From Cytophagales bacterium (lineage in GTDB: Bacteria > Bacteroidota > Bacteroidia > Cytophagales > JAAEPT01), in the NCBI GenBank assembly GCA_965230415.1, contig CBDDKZ010000003.1, positions 125,554 through 189,553 of the forward strand: a stretch of DNA of 64,000 bases, read 5' to 3'. Both the position numbers and the translations under genes were made by a program. Below are positions 42,358 to 51,362 of this stretch, in pieces; the stretch's first letter is position 1; every line of letters starts with the position of its first letter. The notes under the pieces are model-generated. The model was given only the letters and a program-made list of their open reading frames with translations. It did not search any database and had not been told where the DNA came from.

Positions 42358-43608
42358 ATGAAAGAAGAGATCATAAACAATCTGAAAAAGGTGCAACGCG
42401 CCAGTCGCAAAATGGTGAACCTGAGCGATGAGGATATCCGATCAATTCTCAACGAACTGGCGGATCTGGCTTTGGAGAACGAAGCCTATATATTGGAAGA
42501 AAATAAAAAGGATCTGGATAGGATGGATCCTCAAAACCCAAAATATGACCGCCTATTACTTAACGCAGACCGCCTCAAAGGAATATGCCAGGATCTACGG
42601 AATGTAGCAGCACTTCCTTCTCCTTTGGACATCGTTTTGGAAGAGCGTAACCTTAACAATGGTATGAATTTGTCGCGTGTGACCGTACCTCTGGGAATCA
42701 TCGGGATAGTATTTGAATCTCGTCCGAATGTCACCTTTGATGTTTTTGCATTAACGCTAAAGTCAGGGAACGCCTGTGTTTTAAAAGGAAGCAGAGATGC
42801 AAAAGATTCCAATATCGCCATTGTGAAGCTTATCAAACAAGTGTTACAAAAGTATGGTGTTGAAGACATTTGTTACCTGGCGCCGGCTGAGAGAGAAGCC
42901 CTGCAACCAATTTTAGAGGCCGTTGAATTTATTGATTGCGCTATTCCGAGAGGAAGCCAGGGATTAATAGATTATGTACGTGAAAATGCAAAGATTCCGG
43001 TTATTGAAACGGGAGCTGGGATTTGCCATACCTACGTGGACAAAGATGCCGATGTAGCCAAGGCCAAAGATATTGTGACAAACGCCAAAGTGAGGCGCGT
43101 GTCTGTATGTAATGCCCTGGACTGTATGGTTATTCATGAAGACAGACTCGGTGATATTGTAGGAATAATGAGCGATATGGCCGAAAAAGAAGTAGAAGTT
43201 TTTGCCGATGAACGTGCATTCACCGAACTGGAAGGTAATTATCCCGCCCACCTTTTGAATAAAGCAATGGAAGAATCATTTGGTACGGAGTTTTTGTCCA
43301 TGAAAATGGCGATAAAAACAGTAGGGAATATCGATGAGGCTTTAGATCATGTTGCTGCACACACTTCCAAGCATTCGGAAGCAATAGTGACCGAAAATAG
43401 CGAAGCAGCAAATTATTACCTGAAGAATATAGACGCAGCCTGTGTTTATGCCAACGCCTCCACCGCATTTTCAGACGGTGCCGAATTTGGTCTGGGCGCG
43501 GAGATAGGAATCAGTACACAGAAATTACATGCACGTGGACCTATGGCCTTGAGAGAATTGACGAGCTATAAATGGGTGGTAAGAGGCAATGGCCATGTAC
43601 GTGCGTAA
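42358..43608 (+). CDS. proA: Glutamate-5-semialdehyde dehydrogenase
   Basis: 416 aa. IFESRPNVT and the catalytic Cys context [12 protein letters not shown]. Confidence 0.92.
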   Translation: MKEEIINNLKKVQRASRKMVNLSDEDIRSILNELADLALENEAYILEENKKDLDRMDPQNPKYDRLLLNADRLKGICQDLRNVAALPSPLDIVLEERNLNNGMNLSRVTVPLGIIGIVFESRPNVTFDVFALTLKSGNACVLKGSRDAKDSNIAIVKLIKQVLQKYGVEDICYLAPAEREALQPILEAVEFIDCAIPRGSQGLIDYVRENAKIPVIETGAGICHTYVDKDADVAKAKDIVTNAKVRRVSVCNALDCMVIHEDRLGDIVGIMSDMAEKEVEVFADERAFTELEGNYPAHLLNKAMEESFGTEFLSMKMAIKTVGNIDEALDHVAAHTSKHSEAIVTENSEAANYYLKNIDAACVYANASTAFSDGAEFGLGAEIGISTQKLHARGPMALRELTSYKWVVRGNGHVRA

Positions 43609-43632
43609 CAAGTCTTAATTAAAAAGAAATTT

Positions 43633-44778
43633 ATGAAATTATTTGATGTATATCCGCTTTTTGATATTGAACCAGTCAAGGGGCAGGGATGTTATGTTTT
43701 TGATAATGAAGGGCAGCAGTATCTCGACTTCTACGGAGGGCACGCTGTAATCTCTATCGGGCATTCACATCCACATTATGTGCAGAAGGTTACGCAGCAA
43801 TTGTCTGCCTTAGGCTTTTATTCAAATTCAGTGCAAAATCCGCTACAGGTAGAATTTGCCCGTAAATTGGGAGAAGCATCGGGTAGACCCGATTATCAAC
43901 TTTTTCTCTGTAATTCAGGCGCAGAAGCCAATGAAAATGCACTTAAAATGGCCTCTTTCCATACAGGAAGAAAAAAAATTGTTTCTTTTTCCAATGGGTT
44001 TCACGGGCGTACTTCGCTCGCCGTAGCTGTAACAGATAATGCCAAAATTGTCGCTCCCGTAAATGAAACAAAGTCATCGGTAATTTTACCTTTCAATGAT
44101 ATGGAGGCCTTAGAAAAGACTTTTGCCAAAAAAGGGGATGAAATTGCTGCCGTTATCGTAGAAGGAATACAGGGACTGGCAGGTATTTATGTTGCCGAGA
44201 ATCCTTTTTTGCAAAAAATTCGTTCGTTGTGCGATGAGTATGGTGCTGTTTTTGTGGCCGATTCTGTACAATGTGGCTATGGCCGCTCCGGAAAATTCTA
44301 CTCTTTTGATTATGCAGACGTAGAGGCTGATATATATACGATGGCCAAAGGGATAGGCAATGGATTTCCGATGGGTGCTATCGCACTCAATCCGAAGTTT
44401 GAAGCGTCATATGGCCTTCTGGGCACTACATTTGGAGGTAATCACCTTGCGTGTGCGGCAGGAATAGCGGTTTTAGATGTTATGAAAGCGGAACATCTCG
44501 TAGAGAATGCCTTCGAAATTGGTAACTACATAATGGAAAAAGTGCCATTGGAAGGTGAAGTTAAGGAAGTTCGGGGACGAGGCCTGATGATCGGTATTGA
44601 GCTGGATTATGATGCAACAGAGGTACGTAAGGAGTTATTATTCAAACATCATATATTTACCGGTACCTCAAAAAACAAAAATGTAATACGCTTATTGCCT
44701 CCATTGTCGGCAGGAAAGGATGAGGCTGACCGATTCTTGAATGCATTTGTAGAAAGTATGAATTTGAAATTAGCATGA
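43633..44778 (+). CDS. argD: Acyl-ornithine aminotransferase (class III PLP aminotransferase)
   Basis: CNSGAEANE, DSVQCGYGRSGKF and the PLP lysine context TMAKGIGNGFP. Confidence 0.88.
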   Translation: MKLFDVYPLFDIEPVKGQGCYVFDNEGQQYLDFYGGHAVISIGHSHPHYVQKVTQQLSALGFYSNSVQNPLQVEFARKLGEASGRPDYQLFLCNSGAEANENALKMASFHTGRKKIVSFSNGFHGRTSLAVAVTDNAKIVAPVNETKSSVILPFNDMEALEKTFAKKGDEIAAVIVEGIQGLAGIYVAENPFLQKIRSLCDEYGAVFVADSVQCGYGRSGKFYSFDYADVEADIYTMAKGIGNGFPMGAIALNPKFEASYGLLGTTFGGNHLACAAGIAVLDVMKAEHLVENAFEIGNYIMEKVPLEGEVKEVRGRGLMIGIELDYDATEVRKELLFKHHIFTGTSKNKNVIRLLPPLSAGKDEADRFLNAFVESMNLKLA

Positions 44779-45731
44779 TCAGTCATTTTAGAAATATAGC
44801 AGATGTAAGTGATGTAAAAGCCTTGGTTAATGAGGCTATTGCCCTAAAAAGTGATCCATACGCTTTTAAAAAACTGGGAGAGAATAAGTCAATAGGTGTT
44901 ATATTCCTGAACCCCAGCCTGAGAACCAGGATGAGTACGCAAAAAGCGGCCGTAAATTTAGGCATGGATTTTGTGCTAATGAATATGACCGGAGAGGGTT
45001 ATGCATTAGAAACAAAGAAAGGGGTTGTAATGGATGGTAATACACAGGAACATGTTATAGAAGCCGCGGCTGTGCTCGGACAATATTTTGACGTACTTGC
45101 CCTGCGCTCTTTTCCTTTGTTGAAAAGTAGGGAAGAAGATGCTCAGGAGTCGATACTCTCGGCATTTGTTGAGCACAGTGGAATTCCGGTAATAAATATG
45201 GAATCTGCAACGGCGCATCCCTTACAAGGGCTGGCAGATGCTATGACTGTGACTGAGTTATCTAAAAAAGCGAAGAAAAAAGTGGTGCTCTCATGGGCAC
45301 CACACCCAAGGGCTTTGCCACAGGCAGTTCCTAATTCTTTCGTTTCCTGGATGAAAGAATTAGACGATGTGGAGTTGGTGGTGACACACCCCGAAGGTTA
45401 CGAATTAGAGGAAAAGATTATAGGTGATGTTCAGGTAGAATATGATCAGGATAAGGCGCTTCAAGGAGCAGACTTCGTCTACGCGAAAAATTGGTCAAGT
45501 GTATCGTCTTACGGCCAAATATTGTCTAAAGACAATACCTGGATGATCGACAATAAAAAAATGGGGCTTACAGACCAGGGGCTATTTATGCATTGCCTGC
45601 CAGTACGCAGAAACGTGATCGTAGCCGATGAAGTGCTGGATGGATCGCAATCTTGTGTGACACAACAGGCCGGCAACAGATTGTGGGCCGCACAAGCCGT
45701 ATTAAAGCAAATGCTGGAAAGTAACTTATGA
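44775..45731 (+). CDS. argF': N-acyl-L-ornithine carbamoyltransferase (Bacteroides argF'-type; succinyl or acetyl specificity unresolved)
   Basis: PSLRTRMSTQKAA, SATAHPLQ, WAPHPRALPQAVPNSF and FMHCLPVRRN align collinearly by eye with my recollection of the B. fragilis N-succinylornithine transcarbamylase. ATGA overlaps on both sides. Confidence 0.85.
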   Translation: MISHFRNIADVSDVKALVNEAIALKSDPYAFKKLGENKSIGVIFLNPSLRTRMSTQKAAVNLGMDFVLMNMTGEGYALETKKGVVMDGNTQEHVIEAAAVLGQYFDVLALRSFPLLKSREEDAQESILSAFVEHSGIPVINMESATAHPLQGLADAMTVTELSKKAKKKVVLSWAPHPRALPQAVPNSFVSWMKELDDVELVVTHPEGYELEEKIIGDVQVEYDQDKALQGADFVYAKNWSSVSSYGQILSKDNTWMIDNKKMGLTDQGLFMHCLPVRRNVIVADEVLDGSQSCVTQQAGNRLWAAQAVLKQMLESNL

Positions 45732-46513
45732 ACTTACTGCGAATAGTAAAAATAGGAGGTAACATCGTTGACAATCCGGAGGCGTTGGATACCTTTCTCA
45801 ACGATTTTGTGCAACTGGCAGGGAACAATGTGCTGGTACATGGTGGTGGGAAAGTTGCTACCAAAGTGAGTAAAGCACTGCAGATTGAGACGCAGATGGT
45901 TGAAGGTCGCAGGGTGACGGATAAAGAAACGCTGGATGTTGTGACAATGGTGTATGCAGGACTGGTAAACAAAAATATTGTAGCTCAGCTGCAAGCCAGG
46001 GACTGCAACGCGCTAGGTTTAACGGGGGCCGATGCCAATGTGATACGTTCCCATAAACGGGACGCAGGTGCTGTGGACTATGGTTTTGTGGCCGACGTCG
46101 ATGAAGTCAATTCAGATTATATCAATAAGGTGCTTCAGCAACAAATCGTCCCCGTAATGGTTCCTATTACACACGACAAAAAAGGCCAGCTGCTGAATAC
46201 CAATGCCGATACTATTGCCTCTGAAGTGGCGATAGCAATGTCCGCATTGTATCAGGTAGAATTGGTGTATTGTTTTGAACTACCCGGGCTTATGAGGGAT
46301 ATTCAAGATAGTAACAGCGTCATTTCTACGATTCGAACACCAGAATATGAGGAATTAAAAAATGAAGGTATAATCGTAGATGGAATGATTCCCAAAATGG
46401 ACAACTGCTTCAATGCGATAAGTAAAGGTGTACAACAGGTACGAATTTGTCATGCATTGGATTTACTGTCTATAAGCCAGGGGAAAGAAAAAGGTACTTT
46501 GCTATTGGCTTAA
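45728..46513 (+). CDS. argB: N-acyl-glutamate kinase
   Basis: IVKIGGNIV, VLVHGGG and NTNADT blocks. 261 aa. Confidence 0.9.
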   Translation: MNLLRIVKIGGNIVDNPEALDTFLNDFVQLAGNNVLVHGGGKVATKVSKALQIETQMVEGRRVTDKETLDVVTMVYAGLVNKNIVAQLQARDCNALGLTGADANVIRSHKRDAGAVDYGFVADVDEVNSDYINKVLQQQIVPVMVPITHDKKGQLLNTNADTIASEVAIAMSALYQVELVYCFELPGLMRDIQDSNSVISTIRTPEYEELKNEGIIVDGMIPKMDNCFNAISKGVQQVRICHALDLLSISQGKEKGTLLLA

Positions 46514-46591
46514 AAGCTAATTTTATATCGGTTTGATTTACAAATCACAGAATCTTATATTATCTTAGAGTATAGTTCAAACTTTCTCGCC

Positions 46592-47281
46592 ATGAAAAAA
46601 TTATATGTTGCTTTAGCCTTACTATTAAGTTTTACCATTACTAACACTTTTGCTCAGGAAGGTGCGGATTCGTATTTTCAGAATGGAGTATCGGAGTTTA
46701 ACGAAGGTAATTTTACGGAAGCGCTCTCTTTCTTAAACAAAGCTATTGAAATGAATAGCAGGAAGCCGGAGTATTATAACCTGAGAGGTATGGTGAAAAT
46801 GGCAAGTCATCACCCAAAAGAGGCATTGAAAGATTTTAATTTAGCAATTGAAAAAGATGCGGATTACGCTGAAGCTTATTATAATAGAGGCATCTACTTT
46901 CACGAGCACTATCAATATGATAAAGCACTGGCAGATTATGATAAAGCAATTTCGCTTAACCATGACGATGCTGATATGTATTATAATCGCGGATTAATAA
47001 ACGAAAAGTTAGATAATAGCGATGCAGCGATCAACGATTATTCCAAAGCTATAGATGCAGATGATAAACATGTGGAAGCCTATCACCATAGAGGGGTTTT
47101 ACGCCATAAGTTGGGGCAAAATGCAGAAGGATGTGAAGATCTGCACAAAGCATTCGATCTTGGGCACGACGAAACACATCACATAATTAAAGTGACATGC
47201 GGGAAAATGGATGCGGATCAAATGATGAAAGAGGATAGGGAAAAATTCAAAGAAGAACGAAAACAAGCGAAGGAGCACTAA
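46592..47281 (+). CDS. Secreted TPR-repeat protein inserted in the arg cluster
   Basis: Signal peptide MKKLYVALALLLSFTITNTFAQ, five or six TPR units (A..Y.NRG...), and a His-rich/charged tail. Confidence 0.75.
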   Translation: MKKLYVALALLLSFTITNTFAQEGADSYFQNGVSEFNEGNFTEALSFLNKAIEMNSRKPEYYNLRGMVKMASHHPKEALKDFNLAIEKDADYAEAYYNRGIYFHEHYQYDKALADYDKAISLNHDDADMYYNRGLINEKLDNSDAAINDYSKAIDADDKHVEAYHHRGVLRHKLGQNAEGCEDLHKAFDLGHDETHHIIKVTCGKMDADQMMKEDREKFKEERKQAKEH

Positions 47282-47306
47282 GAATTTGGATATCTAAAGC
47301 ATATGT

Positions 47307-47336
47307 AGGCTGTCTTCACGGAGATAGCCTTTTTTG
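47307..47336 (+). terminator. Rho-independent terminator after the TPR gene
   Basis: 10-bp stem aggctgtctt / gagatagcct (two G-U pairs) with loop cacg, followed by tttttt. Confidence 0.6.
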
Positions 47337-47358
47337 TTAGTAGTCGTTAACGGGAACA

Positions 47359-48423
47359 GTGATGGATGAGCAAACGAAAGAAGCAATTGAGTTATTAAAG
47401 CAGTTAGTAGAAACACCTTCGTTGAGCAAGGAAGAACATAAAACGGCTTTGGTTATAAATGATCATTTGAGAAATCGAGGAGTGGAAGTGAGTCGCATTT
47501 TAAATAATATTTGGGCGAAGAATAAATATTATGATCCCTCCAAGCCAACTATTTTATTAAACTCACATCATGATACCGTAAAGCCAAATTCAAGCTATAC
47601 GCGAGACCCATTTAAAGCCACGGTGGAAGGAGATCAGTTATTCGGTTTGGGGAGTAATGATGCCGGTGGTTGTTTGGTGGCTTTGATAGCTGTATTTTTA
47701 AATTACCATCAGGAAGAAAACCTGAAGTACAATTTTGTGCTAGCAGCATCGGCCGAAGAAGAAATATCGGGAAAGCATGGAGTGGCCTTATTACTGCCCG
47801 AACTGGGTAGTATAGATTTCGGTATTGTGGGCGAGCCCACCGAGATGAATGCTGCAATTGCTGAAAAAGGCTTAATGGTTTTAGATTGTACAGCAGTGGG
47901 CAAAGCAGGGCATGCTGCAAGAAATGAAGGTGTTAACGCCATTTATGAGGCTTTAGATGCCATAACGTGGTTTAAGGACTATCAGTTTCCGAAAGAATCT
48001 AGTGTGCTCGGCCCTGTAAAAATGACTGTTTCCGTGGTCAATGCAGGAACACAGCATAATGTGGTTCCCGATCAATGTCATTTCACGGTAGATGTAAGAA
48101 ATACAGATGCATACAGCAATGAGGAGTTGTTGGCAGAAATAAAACGAAATGTAAATGTAGAAGTGAAGGCAAGGTCAACCCGCTTAAATCCGTCTTCTAT
48201 ACCACATAACCATCCGTTTATTAAAACAGCAATTCGGAAGGGGGCAGGGACCTATGGTTCTCCAACATTGTCAGACCAGGCGCTTATGAGTGGCTTTCCC
48301 ACTGTTAAAATGGGGCCAGGTAAGTCGGAGCGTTCCCATACAGCAGACGAGTTTGTGCTGATAAGTGAAATTGCTCAGGGAATAGATAGGTACATTTCCA
48401 TACTGGATGAGCTGGTATATTGA
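47359..48423 (+). CDS. argE: M20-family acyl-ornithine deacylase (ArgE/DapE-like)
   Basis: NSHHDTV, GSNDAGG and AEEEISG metal-ligand blocks. Sits in arg-cluster context. GTG 47359 or ATG 47362 start. Confidence 0.8.
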   Translation: MMDEQTKEAIELLKQLVETPSLSKEEHKTALVINDHLRNRGVEVSRILNNIWAKNKYYDPSKPTILLNSHHDTVKPNSSYTRDPFKATVEGDQLFGLGSNDAGGCLVALIAVFLNYHQEENLKYNFVLAASAEEEISGKHGVALLLPELGSIDFGIVGEPTEMNAAIAEKGLMVLDCTAVGKAGHAARNEGVNAIYEALDAITWFKDYQFPKESSVLGPVKMTVSVVNAGTQHNVVPDQCHFTVDVRNTDAYSNEELLAEIKRNVNVEVKARSTRLNPSSIPHNHPFIKTAIRKGAGTYGSPTLSDQALMSGFPTVKMGPGKSERSHTADEFVLISEIAQGIDRYISILDELVY

Positions 48424-48491
48424 TGGAATTAAAACTAAATTCGAAATTAAATACATTCTATTAGGTAACTAATAATTCAAAATATTTAAAT

Positions 48492-49829
48492 ATGGCGACT
48501 AAACTTTGGCAAAAATCATATTCTACAGAAGAGCGAATTGAGGCATTTACAGTAGGAGATGATGCTGAATTGGACATGGAATTAGCCCCATTCGACGTTT
48601 TGGGGTCTTTGGCACATATTCAAATGCTTGAGAGTATTGATTTACTTACAAGTTCTGAGCTGGAAGTTTTACAAAAAAAATTAAAGCAAATTTTCTTTAC
48701 TATTGAGGAGGGAGAATTTCAAATCGAAGATGGAATTGAAGATATTCACTCTCAGGTTGAACTTCTGCTTACACGTTCACTGGGAGATATAGGGAAAAAA
48801 ATCCATAGTGGTCGATCACGTAACGACCAGGTTTTAGTTGACTTAAAGTTGTTTCTGAGAGCTCGGATACAGGATGTAGTGAAAAGTGTAGGTAAGCTTT
48901 TTACATTACTTCTTAAACAAAGTGAAAAGTACCAAAATGTACTTATTCCCGGCTATACCCATTTACAAGTAGCCATGCCCTCATCTTTTGGCTTATGGTT
49001 TAGCGCTTACGCCGAGAGTCTGATAGACGATATTACGATGCTTCAGGCGGCGTACAAAGTAGCTAACAAGAATCCATTGGGCAGTGCTGCCGGTTATGGC
49101 TCTTCTTTTCCTCTGAACAGAACCATGACAACGCAACTTCTGGGTTTTGAAGATTTGAACTACAATGTGGTTTATGCACAAATGAGCAGAGGGAAAACGG
49201 AAAAACTGGTAGCAACAGGCCTGGCGTCAATTGCCAGTACCCTGGCGCGTATGTCAATGGATGTATGTTTGTATATGAACCAAAACTTTGGTCTGCTTAC
49301 TTTTCCGGATGAGCTTACCACCGGATCGAGCATCATGCCTCACAAAAAGAATCCGGATGTTTTTGAGTTGATAAGAGGTAAATGTAATATCCTGGCATCG
49401 TTGCCTAATGAAATTAATATGTTGCTTACCAATCTTCCTTCGGGATATCACCGTGAGATGCAGTTGGTAAAAGAGCACTTCTTCCCGGCATTTGAGACAC
49501 TTAATTCTTGCCTTGACATGGCCGCTTTTATGCTTGAGCAGGTGATTGTGAAGGATAATGTACTGGAAGATTCCAAATATGATTATTTATTCAGTGTAGA
49601 ACTGGTAAATAAAATGGTGTTGGAAGGTGTGCCTTTCAGAGATGCTTATACAAAAATTGGTACAATGATACAGGACGGATCTTATGAAGCACTGCGCGAT
49701 GTGAAGCATACACATGAAGGTAGTTTAGGTAATTTGTGCCTGGAACAAATTGAACGCGCATTTAACCAAGTAGTCGAAGGCTTTGAGTTTGATTCAGTCG
49801 ATAGTGCGCTAAAAAAATTGTTGGATTGA
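48492..49829 (+). CDS. argH: Argininosuccinate lyase
   Basis: SGRSRNDQV, GYTHLQ.A and the fumarate-lyase signature GSSIMPHKKNPD. Confidence 0.95.
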   Translation: MATKLWQKSYSTEERIEAFTVGDDAELDMELAPFDVLGSLAHIQMLESIDLLTSSELEVLQKKLKQIFFTIEEGEFQIEDGIEDIHSQVELLLTRSLGDIGKKIHSGRSRNDQVLVDLKLFLRARIQDVVKSVGKLFTLLLKQSEKYQNVLIPGYTHLQVAMPSSFGLWFSAYAESLIDDITMLQAAYKVANKNPLGSAAGYGSSFPLNRTMTTQLLGFEDLNYNVVYAQMSRGKTEKLVATGLASIASTLARMSMDVCLYMNQNFGLLTFPDELTTGSSIMPHKKNPDVFELIRGKCNILASLPNEINMLLTNLPSGYHREMQLVKEHFFPAFETLNSCLDMAAFMLEQVIVKDNVLEDSKYDYLFSVELVNKMVLEGVPFRDAYTKIGTMIQDGSYEALRDVKHTHEGSLGNLCLEQIERAFNQVVEGFEFDSVDSALKKLLD

Positions 49830-49942
49830 GATTAAATGCATTTCATCAAGCAAAACGTACCTTTAATCAATCACATTTGTATTTGTGATGAATGTATAGC
49901 ATTTTAAAAACTATTATTTTGCTACATGAATTTTAATTACAT

Positions 49943-51157
49943 ATGAAAAGAATATTTACTGCTTTTTTTATTACTCTCTGTGCTGCAACTATTATTAGCA
50001 GTTGCCAATCCAATGAGAGTACCAGCTCAAACGAAGAATCAGCCAATGATGTTGAATCTAAAAATGAACCTAAGGAGAAGGTGACTTTAACAATGCCTGG
50101 TGCGGTTCCTCCCGATGGAACCCGGTTGTTATTTATAGGTCAGGATTTAGATGCCATTGCCGGGTATGTTCAATCGGGGAAGTTTCCTATACCTGCAGGT
50201 ACTGTGACTTATGCTTACCCTATGGATAGTGCCGCGGGATTATTGCCAACGAGATCGTCTTGGGGGTCCGGAGACCTTTGTATGGAAGAGAATGTCAAAA
50301 CTTATCCAAATTCGCTCATTGCGCTTGGCGTATCAATAGTTGAAAAGGATGAAAACCATGAGAGTTTAAATAAATTGGTTGAAGGGGCTTATGATAAGGA
50401 ACTGGAGATACTCGCTAACAATATAAAATTTGCCAACAGACCTGTGTATGTGAGAATTGGTTATGAGTTCGACGGCATGTGGAATCATTACGACCCGGAG
50501 GAATACAAAGCGGCTTTTAAGTACATATACAATAAAGTAAAACCGATAGCAGGAGCGAATTTTGTGACTGTGTGGCAGGCATGTACTTCACCGGTTAATG
50601 TGATCCTCGACTCCGTAGTGAACAAGATCTACAATAAAACTATCTATCCCTGGTATCCCGGAGATGAATATGTTGACTGGATGGGCTATTCCTGGTTTCT
50701 CAACGACGAAATGCAACATAAGTTAACCGATGAAGTTTGTAATTTTGCCCGCAAAAAAGGGAAACCGGTTATGTTATCCGAATCTTCTGCTCAGAGCTAT
50801 CAATTCGATGATTTAACAAAACGCAACATTGGAGGTCTTTATGACGGTTATCCAGGTGATGATACTACCAAAGTCACTTCTGCTGAAATTTGGGAAAAGT
50901 GGTTTGTTCCTTATTTCAATTACATTGAGAAAAATGCGGACGTTATAAAAGCGGTACACTATATCAACTGCGATTGGGATAGCCAGTTCGTCTGGGGACG
51001 AGAGAATGTGGCAGCACATGCACCTCGAGGATATGCCGAAGGTTACTGGGGGGATACTCGTTTGGAGATAAACGAAGAGCTCGGTAAAAAGTGGCTGGAA
51101 AAAGTATCAGAAGAAGGTTGGTTGATGGCCCACGATTTTGAAATGCCAACAAAATAA
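49943..51157 (+). CDS. Lipoprotein, putative clan GH-A glycoside hydrolase (distant GH26-like), paralog 1
   Basis: Lipobox IISSCQ. The ordered blocks PVYVRIGYEFDGMWNHY, WYPGDEYVDWMGYSWF and GKPVMLSES resemble the GH26 beta4/beta6/beta7 motifs (R..HE.NG.W, YPGD.YVD..G.D.Y, ..E.G). The acid/base context is YE rather than HE. Confidence 0.5.
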   Translation: MKRIFTAFFITLCAATIISSCQSNESTSSNEESANDVESKNEPKEKVTLTMPGAVPPDGTRLLFIGQDLDAIAGYVQSGKFPIPAGTVTYAYPMDSAAGLLPTRSSWGSGDLCMEENVKTYPNSLIALGVSIVEKDENHESLNKLVEGAYDKELEILANNIKFANRPVYVRIGYEFDGMWNHYDPEEYKAAFKYIYNKVKPIAGANFVTVWQACTSPVNVILDSVVNKIYNKTIYPWYPGDEYVDWMGYSWFLNDEMQHKLTDEVCNFARKKGKPVMLSESSAQSYQFDDLTKRNIGGLYDGYPGDDTTKVTSAEIWEKWFVPYFNYIEKNADVIKAVHYINCDWDSQFVWGRENVAAHAPRGYAEGYWGDTRLEINEELGKKWLEKVSEEGWLMAHDFEMPTK

Positions 51158-51172
51158 AAGTACTAAATTTTT

Positions 51173-51203
51173 AGAAAGCAGGCCTTAGAGCCTGCTTTCT
51201 TTC
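51173..51203 (+). terminator. Rho-independent terminator between the two GH-like paralogs
   Basis: 11-bp perfect stem agaaagcaggc / gcctgctttct with loop cttaga, followed by ttc. Confidence 0.6.
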
Positions 51204-51362
51204 ACAATTAAAAACGAGCCCTTTAGGTCCGTTCATGCAAAATTTATCTACCAACCAGGTGTCCGATTTTTGATTGATCATTTAAAAGAATCTATTTGTC
51301 GATCTTTTTTGTCTGTTTTTTTAAATTATCGAATATTCGCGACGATTTTATAAAAGTATAGA

